NCBI GenBank assembly: GCA_030704615.1
Contig: CM060734.1
Span: 39,122,001 to 39,186,000 of the forward strand
Origin: Takakia lepidozioides
Taxonomy: Eukaryota > Plantae > Bryophyta
Direction: 5' to 3'
DNA: 64,000 bases
Every line of letters starts with the position of its first letter. Position 1 is the stretch's first letter. The position numbers and the translations under genes were made by a program. This document shows positions 35,248 to 49,130 of this stretch, in pieces. Below the pieces are notes generated by a model, which was given only the letters and a program-made list of their open reading frames with translations, was not told the origin of the DNA and did no database searches.

Positions 35248-36140
35248 CGGTCCATTTCCATGGATATTAGTTGGCCTCTGGAGCTGGAAGATCAATTTTT
35301 TTTTTGCAGTTTTGCCAGTTTTAATGATATATATACCAATTAAAATTTGGTAACTTTAGCATGTACATATATGAGTGCCATACAGCCAACATACTTCTAG
35401 TTTTCAAGGTGTGAAAATTCACTAGTGGGGGGTAGTTCCTATTGGGTAGGCAATGAAAATTCAGTAGGTGACAGGAGCAATGTTCCTATTGGGTAGGCAA
35501 TGAAAATCGAACTCTGAAAACTCTGGAGGAATGCCGCCTGCGAAGGGGATGAAAAAGAGCAAATTTGATGATAGGAATGAATAGGAAGAATGTTGGGCTT
35601 GAAATCTCAAAGGGGATTGCCAAGCTCTAGTAGATTGTAGATAGCTAGTATTGAAAGAGGGTATGAATTTTTTCTGGAATATCTACAATTGTTTGAAGTA
35701 TTGTTCAGTGAGAATAAGAATCCTTTAAATAGGTGGCATAAAAGAAAATGGTATCAATTAAGTGGAATGGGAGCTCACAAGCCCTGCAAACAACAAAGTC
35801 CACCAAAAAACATTGAGGCTGTCAGTTCAACAGGATTCAATATTTGACGTTGACTTGGATCTAAGCATCAAGAACAGAAACAGTGAGACCTAGCGATTAC
35901 ATTTCAACACTCTGCAAGTTGAGGACCATCATGCACACCTGGATCATTTAAGCCAGCGTGTGCCACAATTTGAGGATGAAGTCACTGGACTGAGGTAGTT
36001 ATGACACAGCTCAGTACCTTCTTTTTTTCCATCTTTTAAGCAGGAAAAGCCTCTTCAACTGGGGATCACTATACCAAATTTGAATTTAATAGAAACACTA
36101 CCAAGGTATGCACATTGGACGCACTTACCCCAAAATTCCC

Positions 36141-39100
36141 TCAGGCAAGAGGCTCAATAACGGAGGCGTCTTTGATACTCCTCCTTGCTGAGTGCCGGAA
36201 AGAGGACCGCCATGAATGTTGAGGTACACCCTCAGGGTCAGACTCCAAGGGTTGTGACAAAGGTGTCAAATCTGAATGCCCTGAAATGCGCAACGCCCCC
36301 ACCTCGTCTTGTTGCCAAAACACTTCCACCATCATGCCATATGGAGCCTCTTCTGAATTAGTATTAGGCACTGCAATGTGCTGAGCCCCAATTGGCACCT
36401 GCCAATTCACACCAATGTCATCATTGTAGAAATTTTATACTCTCAAATTAAGTACTCTTAAGGCTGTAATTAGTGTAATTGGGTCCCCCAGATGACGTGC
36501 AAAACACAAACTCTATAAGTATTTCAGTTAGATATGTATAAGAGAAAAGGAAAAAACGTGGAGCATCATCTTACTCTGATGGAAGTGTCTGCAATGGTCA
36601 ACAACTCAAAACGCCCTTCAGCAGCAGCATTCTCAAGTTCAGCTTGCCTGGATATTGTTAGAAAAACCTCCTCTAATGTGGTTAGGCCCAACTGCAAGTC
36701 TGACACCCCAAGCTCTGTCTTCCTCTCTTCCAACAGCATGAAGAAACCCTGCACCAAAAAGAATGATGAATGAATGCAAAATCTTAACCTTCATTTGATG
36801 GTGGTACACTATGTTTGATAGCAGCCACATCAAACATATTCTGCAATGATGTAACCTGTGTGAGTCTACAACCATACTTAGGCTCCAATTCATAAAGTAC
36901 AGAGCTGAACATATAGAGTGTACATAGCACAGTTTTACCTAGCAATACATGCCAGTACCCGTTTCCCAATACACTAATTTTCCTATGCAATTTTACATTG
37001 CAAGATTTTTCTTTATTCTTTATAGGTGCATACAAAAACATTGAAGAAGCTCAACAGCAAACTGCATATGCAGGTGATTCTCTTTAAGAGGACAAGAGAG
37101 GGACAGACCGGTAGTTGTTTTTCTTTTGAGAGAGGAATGACAAAAGTGATGTATGCCTTATTTTCCACTTTGGGCAACAGCTCCAGTTGCTGCACAGAGC
37201 GAGACACCATTGATGAATCACTACGAATCCCAAAATCTTGTCTGGCCAGGTCTTTGACATTGTCAACAATGGAAAATCACCAGACAAAACGTAAGAATGG
37301 AAGCAAAAGAAGCAAAGAAAAGAAGCCAAGGAGCTTTTACAGAGGAAGATCTTCAAATACATGAGATTTTTTCTTACAAAAGCAGCAGAAGGGCTATCCT
37401 GAATTCACCTGACTTTCACATGATCCCAGATTGTGCAGTAAAAAAGGCACAACGGTAAAAGTTCGGTCCTTCATTCATAGTAATGTTCTGATGGCTGAAG
37501 AGCTCACGGAAAGTCACCATAATAGACAAGCAAAAAGCAGGTAAGTTTGCTTTGCCAACCATGCCGGTTCCCTATTTTGGCCACTCTAAACACCTTAGCA
37601 GGTCTGGTTTTGCTGTCCAATGGTGCATCTTGGATTTGTATAAAACTCTTGATAACTCCTTTGTTAATACTTTTGTGGATGAGAGATTACCTCATTGAAA
37701 AATTGTTTCACCTTCACCCTCCGTAGCTCTTCCTCAGCAGCTTGTCCAGGATCCCGACTACCATCTTCACTCCTGACACTCACATTCACAACGTAGCCAG
37801 CTCCAAACTGAGTTTTCAACCGAATGGGTGTCCCAATGCATCGCAACCTTCCCCGAGCCATGATTGCGACCCGATCAGCCAATATATCAGCTTCCTCCAT
37901 CGAGTGGGTAGTCAAAACTATGGCACGTCCCCTTTTAGATGCCTCAATTATGTCCCATACATGTCTTCGCGTGACTGGGTCCATGCCAGTTGTCTGAATA
38001 CCATTGTAGAGCGACTATATTAGAGAGAATACCACAGCAAAAGATCCAGATTTGTGTGGGAAACTCTCATCTGGTTGTGATGAAGAGATACAAGAGGTCG
38101 AGGGGAGGAAGAGGGAACAGTATATGATAACCGGTGCACATGATAATACATGCCAGACTAGAAAGAAATAGAGAGCACTCACAGATAATTGATCATCAAC
38201 TTTTTCAGAGAAAAGATTTGCCCTCTACAGTACTCCATGGGCTTTTTGGGCCTCCCATTTCTCCAGTGGACATTAAGATACTTTCTCTCTCCTCTCCTGT
38301 GGACTTCCCAAAGATGTTGTAAGTTTCATTCATTTCCATTCTTTTCTTTGGATTCTCTCTCACTCTCTCTCCTATGTCATTGATGCTTGTGTGAAGGGAT
38401 TTCTAGAGGATATCTGGAAAACCCGGATTAATTCTTTATATGGAGGTAAGTCTTACTACCAACGTCAGCCCCTGACAGAGGTAGGTTCTGTCCCTTTTGT
38501 TCCCGCTCAAACTGGGCGCGGGGTCAATGGCCACAAGGCTACGGCAAACAACGTCTTATGAGTACAATCTCTCTCCTATGTCATTGTGTGCCCTGTTGGG
38601 GTCTAATTGCTGGGCATTGATGCTTGTGTGAAGGGCTTTCTAAAGGATATCCAGAAAATCCAAACTAATTGTCTCTATCAAGGTAAGTGTTCCGCTCAAA
38701 CTGGGCACGGGGTCAATGGCCACAAGGCTACGGCAAACGTCTTATGAGTACATTCTATCAAGGTAAGTCACACTACTGGAGCGACCCCACAAACATAGTA
38801 TCTGTTCCCTTGTCTTCTGCCCAAACTGGGTTTGCGGTCTACAGCCACAAGGCTACTGCAAACGTCATCTTATGAGTACATTCTCTTTTTTGTGTCACTT
38901 ACGCCCATAGGGTCTCCCATGGATTGATAATTTCCTTCTTGCCTGCATACTACAAGAACTGAGGCAGATACTATTGTCTCTTTCAGGACTCCCAGTCTCC
39001 CATGTGCACCAAGGGCTCCCTATGGATGTTATGAAGTTTCTTTAAAGGTTAAAGTACCATCTCATTTCTATCGTTCTTTCTCTACCAGCCCTTATGTTTG

Positions 39101-42100
39101 CGGATGACTTCGCAGGCATAGGGGAGACTCCAACCAATCTCCAGGAGTTGATTGATTGCGCGAAGAGATACTTTGATCTTTGGGGGCTAGAGGCTAATGT
39201 CAGCAAATGTACAGTGGTAGCATTCAACGACAGAGGAGAGGGAGGAAGTGATCTTAAGTGGCAGTGGGGTAGCCAAGAGATCCCGGTCCTCCCTTCCTAC
39301 ATTTACCTGGGCGTTGAGTTTTCCTCCAATTGTAATTGGGATGCACATATCCGGAAAGTTGTTCAAACTGGCAAGGGCAAAGCTCTGGGGCTCACTAAAT
39401 TTTTCCACTGCACAGGGGTCAACTCTGAGGTTAAGAAAACCATGCTTTGTCGCGTTATTAGACCCGCCTTGGAGTACGGATCTGCTTTATGGGTTGATAA
39501 CTCCAACCAGGCTAAGTCTCTAGAATCCATTCAAGTGGGGGTGCTTAAGGAGTGTATGTCAGCATGCTCCAAAACAGCCAATGTGGCTGTTCGGGGTGAG
39601 TTTGGCATTCCGTCCTTAAGCTCCTGACGAGATGAATTCAAGGTCAGATGGTGGGGTCAGCTGCAACATATGCCCAACACCAGATATCCTAAGTTAATCG
39701 ACTCTATATCTTGGAAACAGGACCGCCCTGTCAAACAGGCTAAGTCCTGGCAGAAGAGAGTAGAAGAGATTCTCAAGGACCTGGACCTGGATCCGCAAGT
39801 CTTGACCCTGCTGGATAAATCTGACTTAGAGGCTGTAGTGTCCAAAGCCATGTCTGTTGCCATGAGATTGTCTGATGAAAATGAAGTTAGGCAGAAAACT
39901 TCCCTGAACTTGTTTCCAGTCAGTGACATGGGGGAGGACATTTTGGATGACCTCAAGGGTCTACCCACTCTTGGCACTAGACTGAAATTTAAACTCAGGG
40001 CAGGAAGCCTACCTTTGAACAGCAAACAGAAGCAGAGAGGAAAGGGAGGGCAATCTGAAGACAGTATTCATTTTCTGATACACTGTCCGGGGTTCTCTCA
40101 CCAAAGAGACGCTCTCTTCAAATCTATCAAGGGAATTGTGCCTGTACCCCTGTTTACCAACTTTGAAAGTCTCGAGGCTGAGCCAAAAGCCCAGGCCCTC
40201 CTGAGGCCTAGTTTTTGGGCAAATCACACACAGATTGATGCTTGTGTGAAGGGATTTCTAGAGGATATCTGGAAAACCCGGATTAATACTATATATGAAG
40301 GTAAGTCTTACTACCAACGTCAGCCCCTGACAGAGGTAGGTTCTGTCCCTTTTGTTCCCGCTCAAACTGGGCGCGGGGTCAATGGCCACAAGGCTACGGC
40401 AAACAACGTCTTATGAGTACAATCTCTCAAACCTGCAGCGGGAGAACCGTCTATGTCCAGCTTGCACAGGGCGAAACCAGGAAATTGAGACTGAAGAACA
40501 TTTCTTCTTCTATTGCCCTCTATACTATGAGATCCGTGGGAGATTTCACTGTCTATTCCGTGGAACCCAATCTCTCACTGAAGTCTTCCACTATGAAGAT
40601 CAGAAATGCTTGGCAGCTTACCTGCACGAGGCACTCACCCTTAGACAATCACTCAAACAATAGTTTTTATCTCTGGCTCTGGTTTTTGTTTCCTCTCTCA
40701 TGTTTTCTTCCATTTTGTCCCATAAGCTCTATGAGCTTTCCGCGGACAGTATAAAGCACCATTTCATGTCATTTCTCATAGCTAGCCCGAACTGATGGTC
40801 TATATCAAGGTAAGTCCCACTACTGGAGTGAGCCCTCACAAAGTAGCCACTGCAGGATATAAGCATGTCAACCATTTTGCACATCAAATTCCCTATAACA
40901 AGATTCGGCATGAGCATTGTGACAATTATCGGAAGAGTCTCCCATAACCTGAAGGGCTAAACCGCAGAAGCAGCTCTGGGGGGATTATAATTGAGAGGGA
41001 GGGAGAGAGGGAATAATGCCTCAATTGTATTATACAGCCAATATGGCCAGGGAACATTCAATGTGTACCTACCGGCTCATCTAGGTAGACAACTTTGGGA
41101 TCGCCAATAAGAGCAATTGCCACACTGAGACGCCGTTTCATTCCTCCACTGAAGCTTCCCGCCCTTACACTAGCAGCTTCTGTCAGTTTCACTTGTGACA
41201 GAAGATCCTCAGTTCCCTGCTCATGAACACATCATATGTTTGACTTGTCAGTACTTGGAGTTCCCATGCTTCTATATCTTGCCCTGCCATCAGAAAGTTC
41301 CAATACTATGTTTATCTCAGTGAGTGTAGTGTCAACAAGTTTCACAACCCAACATTATCTACCCTTCCCTGTGACAAACACTTACGTTTTGAAACATTAC
41401 ACAACATTTACCCTATAATAGAAAGAACTTTCAGACTGAATTCTGCTGAAAAGGTGATAAAATTACAGACATCAGATTTATAGATACGTGATGGTCAATC
41501 TTACTGTATTGATGTCCGATGGCGATAAGCCCTTGATGCTCCCAAACAAGCGCAAATGTTCACGTGCCGACAATGCTTCCCACAAAACATCAAACTGATC
41601 AAAGGACCCAGTAGTTAGCCGGGGCAAATGCTTGAGGTGAAGTTGTAGTAGAAGACTCAAGCAAAAAGACTGGTATACTCTCCATACTGTACACTAAGTA
41701 TTAGAAAAAGACAATTAGAAGACAGAAGAGAAGAAGTTTGAGGTGAAGCGAATTTACAGAGCCCACCGTTCTATGAACAACCCCATCAAGGTTTCTATTT
41801 TAGTTCGATATGGAATGTTTCCCAGTTCGTGATGCTCCCTCTAGTCTCCCTGTCCCGCTACTTTCCTTCAATTGACTTCTGCCCCCCTCAAAAACCCTGG
41901 TACACACCTCTTCCTTGTGGCATCCTCTGATGTGTATGCATTGTTGGACATGAAAATAACAAGTACCTGGGGGCACACACCCATGTAGTTGCGGATACGA
42001 GCCATGCCAGAGGTGCTCCTTATAGAATCTCCATAAACTAAAGCTGCCACAACATAGATAGTTTAACCAAAAAGTGGAGTTTCAAAAGTTCTCTTCACCC

Positions 42101-45100
42101 AAGCTCATGGAGATTGCTCAGATTCTTCTCAATATAAACAGTATGACATAGTGCCTCAAGCAGGTAAGCCCCAAGATAGAGTTGACAGAAAAGTGGGGAC
42201 CCCAACAACCAGTCATGATCATTCAACCTCAAGTGATTCCCTTATTTGCAGAGACAGAATTTATTCAGAAGACATTGTTTGCTGTAGCCTTGTGGCTATA
42301 GACCCCGCCCAGTTTGGGTGGAACTAAATGGAACAGACACTACCTTTGTGAGCCACTCACTACAAAAGTGGGACTTACTTTGGTATAAACAACTGGTTCA
42401 GGCTTTCCAGATTTCCTCTAGAAAACCCTTCATACAAGCATCAATCTGCTGTGTGTGAGCTGCCAACAATTTGACCACAAAAAGACCAAGGCTTTAGGCT
42501 CAGCCTCGACATTTTGAAAGTTGGTGAACAGAGGTGCAGGGATGGTCCTGAAGAGGGTCGCTCTCTGATGACAATACCCTGGACATTGTATCAGAGAGTG
42601 GATATTGTTTCAGGCTGCCCGCACATTGGGCATTGACAATCTCCCTTGCACTTCTGCCTCCAAGTCAGCTTCATCTAGCAGGGTCAGTTCTTCCTGCCTA
42701 ATATTCAGGTTCTTGAGAAGCTCCTTTTTCCGTTTAACAGGACGGTCTTGCTTCCAAGAAATAGAGTTGATCATCCTAGGGTATCTGGTATGAGGCACGT
42801 GATTCAACTGACCCCACCATCTGACCTTGAACTCATCACGTTGAGAGCTCAAGGGTGGCATGCCAAACTCGCCCCGAACAGCGAGGTTAGCTGTTATAGA
42901 GGATGCTGTTTAAGCGAAGTGCTGGGGCAGCACTACTCCATTAAAACCTTCTCTTAACACCACTCCTTTTTGTTAGAGTAGGTCTAATGACGTTGCAAAG
43001 CATGGTCCTAGAGAGGTGTCGTGTATAGAATGTACTCATAAGATTTTCCGTAGCCTTGTGGCCACGGGCCCCGTGCCCAGTTTGGGCAGAACTAAAGGGA
43101 ACAGACACTACCTTTGTGAGGGGCTCACTCCGGTAGTGGGACTTGCCTTGGTAAGACAATTGGTTCGGGCTTTCCAGATATCCTCTCGAAAGACCTTCAC
43201 ACAAGCATCACTCTGATGTGTGTGAGCTGCCCAGTAATTAGACCCCAACAGGGCCATGGCTTAGGCTCAGCCTCAAGGATTTCGAAGTTGGTGAACAAGG
43301 TGCAGGGACAATGTTCTCGATGAACCTGAAGACAGTCACTCTCAAGTGAAAATATCCCGGACAATGTATCAGTAAATGGATATTGGCTGCCTGCACATCG
43401 GGAGAGAGGGAGAGAAAGAATGTACTCATAAGACGTTGTTTGCCCTAGCCTTGTGGCCATAGACCCCGCCTCCAGTTTGGGTGGAACGAAAGGGAGCAAA
43501 AACTACCTTTGTGAGGGGCTCACTCAAGCATCCACAGGACGTCCAGAAGGCATATGTGACACAGCAAAAGAACAATGAAAAACCAAAAGATTATTCTAGT
43601 AGACAATTTCAAGGAGGAAAAAAAGAAGCATACCATCACCAGCAGTAGTAGGGATTATGCCAGTTAGACAGTTGATGGTTGTGGTCTTGCCTGCACCATT
43701 GGGTCCCAGCAAACAGAAGAGTTTGTCCTTCTCTATGTTGAACCATGGCTCCTGGATTGGGACAGGAAAGTCATATAATGCTGACAGTCAGATGTGTGTG
43801 GGGTCCATAGCCCATGTGTACACAACATGCCTTTGGTGGCACTCTCTCTTCTCTTTGTGCCCGGATCAAGATAAGTTGGTATCCATCTCCATAGAGCCAT
43901 CCTCACACATAGATCAACGCTGCACTAAATTGATATGGTGACAAGACGAGTGTGAGAACAACCTTGACAGCGTGATATGGTGCGGTCTTCACCCACTGGC
44001 AGCACCCAACATTTTTCCGCATGCCTGGATATGTTTTCACCAAGCCTTGCACCCTCACCGCCACAGCTGGGTCCTATACATTCAAAAGTCTGTATCAATA
44101 TCCCATCTGAAGCTTGCAGCCAACCCAGCTATAAAAGGGGGGTCCCGGTCAACCTGTGACTTAATCTGTGGGTACCTGAGGACTTTCAAGTCCTTGGGGG
44201 AGGTTTGGGCAACCGTGTTGCCCGGGTTACGGCCGTCAGACGGTGTCCACCTTCCAAATGGAAGGCAGTAAACGTTGGGGTACGTAGTAGATGACCTTCA
44301 CTAGCACTTCTGTTGGTTGAATTAACTCTCTTTCCTTTCCCCTTTTCATGAAGGCCACAGGTCAACTCTCTTCTAGCTGATGGTGGATGTTCCTTCCCTT
44401 CACCAGATTGTAACTGACAATGCAACCACGCTGACATGTGTGATGTATGTGTAAAGGAGAGGCGATGCAGGATTAAGCCTTCTGGTATGGTATGCCAGCT
44501 CTTGGATCAAGGGTCAGAGAGACATGTACCAGATTGGCTGTGGACACAAGTGTTAGAACAAAATCCATTGCTCTGGCTGGGTGGTAAGACTCACGGCCAC
44601 ATGAGCATTAGCAACTTGCAGGCATAGTGACCTAAAGGGTGCGATGCTAATGAGAATATCAGTTGTACACAACCAATTCTTAATGAGGATTGGTTTAACT
44701 TATTAAATTACCGTGTACTCTGATGCTTTTTGCTCCTTGACCAAATGTTCTTCAGCAGCCACATCTGGATCATCAACGCCTTCCCTCACTGGAAGCGGTG
44801 GCAAGGAACCTGTGCAACTGCAAAAACCGCCCCCTGAAGCATGCCATGCAAATTTCAGAGTGATGAATAACTCTACTTCAGCAGCCACATCTGGATCATC
44901 AGCATCTTCCCTAACTGGAAGCGGGGAACAGGAGCCTGTGCAACTGTAAGAATGTCCCCCTGAAGTGTGCCAAGCAAATTTCAGAGTGATGAATGGAAAA
45001 TGTTTCCTTTTAGAATCCACTCAATTCTGGGCTGTTTTGAAATCAAATATCTGAGTACAGAAAGCCACATACAAGAGAAGTATACCTTCAGATGACTCTG

Positions 45101-48100
45101 TCCCTTGTCCACTCCAGTAAGATGGGAACAGAAAGTAGAGCCAGGGCTTGCGCACACCATTGACATCGGGGAGTGTGTTATCAAAATAGATTGCCAGAAG
45201 AAACCATAGAAAGAAGGTGCCTGTGAGCCACGAGTAGATGCCGTTCTACATGCCCCACAACCAAGACATCAGGCTGTAGATTACCCTGTCATGGGTCAAT
45301 ATCGGGGGAGTTTGCGTGAAACATGAGGAATAAGGACACAAGATGTGAAACATGAACTCAGACAGAGTGGAAGCACACCAAGTAAATCCACCCAGTTTGA
45401 TTGAATTCACACCACCAAGAGGAGAGAAACTCACCATAGTCAAAACACAATCACTATCCTGCGTTGAACATTTATTTCGATTGGACCAGCTGATGCCTGA
45501 GTCTTGTTTAGTGGCTGTGGCATCGCCCAAATACTGAAGGCCTAGCGCAAGTAGGTTGGGTGGGAATATAGACCACACAGAGCGAATGCCAACGGAGAAG
45601 GACTTGGAATAAGGAAACCCAAAGGTAGTGACCAGCTGCCAGGATAACCCACATGCTTAGCTTCTACACTGATGTTTAGATGGTCTGTCAGACAAAAAAT
45701 TCATATTAAATCTTCACTGTGGTGCAAGAGCAAAGTATGCAGGAACATACTCACCATCATCAAGTTCACAGACACCAAAAATTCGTAGGTCTGTCACAAT
45801 TGAAACATGTATAACTTCCAATTGCAGCATCCTAGCAATAGACATTGATGATCTGAACTTGCCAAGAAACTGATTTTGATGTGTTCAACAGACCTGTGTG
45901 AGGAAGCCAATGATAAAGACAAAGAACCCAATGGTTGTAGCAGATGAAGCTTTGCTCACAAAAGTGGACAGCATGAACCCAAACCCGATCTGCAATCACC
46001 CTGGCTTAAAGGTCAAAACTCTGCTTTGGTTGCAATAAAAGGTGGCTGAAAGTCTCAAAGTACTACATATGATCGGAAGCTGTCTTACCATGTTGAACTG
46101 GAATAGAAAGAACATGAAGAAAAGAACGCCGAAGTTGTTGTTAAGGAAGAAGTAAAATTGGAAGAGCATGCCAAAGCAGACAAGCAGGAGGGATGACACC
46201 AGGACCAACAGAACTTCCCACAGGAGCCATGTCAGCCAATACGCAGAATCAACCAGTCCCATGGTCGTCATCATCTGCCATAGCCAATCCTCACATGTCA
46301 GATCAGACTCCCATGGCTCCCTTGTTGAGACTGACAGCAAGACAACACGTACTGTCGTCAGGAGAGAAACACCCTCCATGAGCACCCTGCCTAAGAAAGC
46401 CGAAAGGAACAGGCTGGGGCGAGAAGTTTAAAAACAACATGATGTGAAAATTCAGACCTGCTTGTCAGAGATAGCAGCAACCTCTAGAAGAGTCATTGAG
46501 TAGATAATGGTACGAAGACATCTACCTGTCGCAGCCTAAGCTCCTTCTCAACCACCAGATTGCTCATTTGAATGACAAAGCCAAACATGGCTGCAGCCAG
46601 CAGGAACGTAGGCCCGATAGTTCCTACTGTTGAGGATGTGCTTATGGCTGGATGCGAAAACTCAGTAAAAGCAACATCCCATTCCAGGCTTGGATCTGCA
46701 CCACAAAAAAACTAAACGACTAAATCAATACATATGGCTTGCAATCTTCATGTTCATTGAAAAAACTCCTGTCCAACTCTGTTCCTCTGCAACATCTTGT
46801 CCCCTGAGCACCTTTCTTACTTTTAAGAGAGGAGCAAAGTAAGATGAAACTCACACTACCGTTCCAACAGAGGGTGGGAACATCATGTCAAACCCCACAC
46901 AGCAAAGCTGCTTTGGCCCCTATAGCAGACGTGCATTTGACTGAGACAAACCATGCCACTTCATGGGAGAAGCCAAACAATCACAATACCAGCACCTGAA
47001 CACAGGCAAGAGCAAATTTGACTGTGAAGATACCTCCCAAAATAACACGTGCAATCTCTCGCTCTGCAGCTGCCTGTAAGGGTATTTGATATGCAAAATT
47101 GGGGTTTTGATATCTTCCATGATCAGACTTCGAGGTTGAGTTAGTCTGGACCCCATATGCAATAACAGAGGCATCCCTCTCCTGAAAGTGCAAGGCACCT
47201 GGACACCTCATGGGGTTCGCAAGCAACCAACTATCCACGTCATTACGCGTACCAAATGCAAGAACCTGTCCACAACCACTTGGATTAGTTTAATGTAGTG
47301 CATACATGCATCTATGCAACACTTTTGGAGAAATAAGATAGTCTGGCCCAGAGCTTATGCATACCTTGCTGGTTGGGATTGGTCGATTGGGATTATTTGT
47401 CCTTATGCTGTCAACTAAGGATTGAATTCGAGAGCTATTTCCGCCACTCCAGACAAAATCATAGCAAGGCTTTTTCATGTAGAAGCCATTCTCACACGCA
47501 GGGATAGGGGGCACAGGTGTTGGCTGTGGCTCATAGAGATTCTTGTAGTTTGTTGTAGTTCGTTCTTGAGCCTTTGTGGCCTCGTCCACACAAAAGATGA
47601 GAAATATGAAGAAGAAGGAAGAGGCCAGCTGGAGCACTGTCACACACCAACGGTGAAGAAGAGTCAGAAGTGCAAGACCATATGACCCCTCTCCTCGAAG
47701 ACCCTATAGCTCTCTCTCTCTGAAATTTCAGAGAACCTGCAAGAAGGGAAAGGTCATGATACAAACTACAGGGGAAAGAGAGAGATGGGGGACAACAGTG
47801 AGGCGATCCATGAGGATTTGCTAAGCTAGTCCACCTTCTGTTATCATATCAATCAGTGTATGCATAATTATGAGCTCAAAAACTGTTACCCCTTGTATGC
47901 AAGACTCCCCCAAAGGAGACACTGTATGCCCCTATCAGCACCAGTACTGCTCCCATCAGAGCCAATGTGAAAAGATGTACCATCAACAAATCTCGAGGTG
48001 CACAAATTGCAAAGCCTGATGTTATCCGTAGTGAGCCTCAAGAAGCCTACGTTTTAAGAAAACTTTCAGCAGGCCTTACATCATAACCTGTGCGTGAAAA

Positions 48101-48525
48101 CAGTAAATGTACTCGAACGTATTGCAGCTGCTTTTGGAGGGAGCAGGGGATCCCTATGTCAAGTGCTCATCGTGACTAGCAAATATGCATTCAGTGCCGT
48201 CTAGTGTCTCTCTGCTAACAGATCGGGTGCGAATTATGCTTCACATCTGCTACATCGTTGCACTACTGTCTAGATTCCTTGTTGCGACTGCCCAGACTTT
48301 CAGGCTAGGTTAACTCAATCCTGGTGGATATGGCGTACTACAGCTTAGTGTACAAATGTAGACTAAATTTTGCGCCGAGCAAAGCATACCTGTGGCTCGC
48401 TTGTTGCGCAACGACAGCAGCGCATTCTTGCGTAACAGAGCCCTGCATTGCTGAAAGAAAAGGGGCAATCCTTTCCTGAGTGTCTTACCCCCACCCTGCC
48501 AGAGCTCCTGGCTCCTGTCCGCCAT
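36141..48525 (-). CDS. ABC transporter A family protein (plant ABCA2/ATH-like), ~18 exons
   Basis: Approximate exons 48525-48390, 47636-47365, 47266-47034, 46696-46528, 46275-46089, 45989-45894, 45636-45435, 45246-45088, 44834-44714, 44073-43964, 43753-43635 (Walker A GPNGAGKT), 42045-41967, 41596-41505, 41217-41070 (FSGGMKRRLS, YLDEP), 37993-37691 (TTHSMEEAD), 37188-37109, 36749-36575, 36398-36141; GT-AG borders where checked. Confidence 0.93.
38381..38880 (+). mobile_element. Short 3' copies of an RTEX/RTE-like LINE, one nested in another
   Basis: Ends ...GTCTTATGAGTACA; 19-bp TSD TCTCTCTCCTATGTCATTG (38364-38382 / 38568-38586); nested copy flanked by TCTATCAAGGTAAGT. Confidence 0.85.
39040..40420 (+). 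mobile_element. 5'-truncated RTEX/RTE-like LINE (RT C-terminal half) in an ABCA intron
   Basis: MFADD, YIYLGV, RPALEYG, VRGEFG, HFLIHCP; one stop near 39626; ORF ends a few nt before the element end. Confidence 0.88.
40425..40750 (+). mobile_element. 3' fragment of a second LINE family
   Basis: RENRLCPAC...ETEEHFFFYCPLY zinc motif. Confidence 0.7.
42265..43525 (-). mobile_element. Three degenerate copies of the same RTEX/RTE-like LINE in an ABCA intron
   Basis: Reverse-complement matches to 39430-40420 (RDEFKVRWWGQL, GHKAT, TTATGAGTACA). Confidence 0.85.
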
Positions 48526-49130
48526 ATCCGTTGGTAATTGGATACAGGAATGAAGACACAGAGGTTGAGAAGTAGTACTGGCTGTACAATAGCAGTGGTG
48601 CACAGGTCAATGACCTGTAAAGTCAGCATCGCTAGCACGAGAATAATCTGCCACCGTCAAATGACGCGATCTGTAATAAGAGTAAGAGTCCTTGTGCTCA
48701 TCCCACCCCGGATTGCAGGGAGAGAGGAAAAAGAGAAAGAAATTGAAACAGGACTGTGCCAAGACGTCATCGCTAGCATCCCTCCCCCTTCGTATTTCAA
48801 AACGTCAACGCTAGCAGCTTCGCGGGAGGCGGAAGAACATCTAAATAAAACGAATTCTCCTTGATTTCTCTTGTACCGGGACTTCATGCAAAACCCGAGG
48901 ACTTCATGCAAGCCCGCGTGCTGTGCAAACCTTGGACAATACTCAAAGTTTTCTATTGAAAGCCCATGTCTGATCCTTCGACAATCTTCCACTCCACTCC
49001 AACATTCGAGACAAAATCTTATTGCATCGTTTTGACGTTGCAGAGTCGATTCACACGCTTTGTGAAGCACCTCAGAACAACACTTGGTGAAGCACCTGAG
49101 AATTCAGCACTTGGGTTGTTGAGTTGGGCT

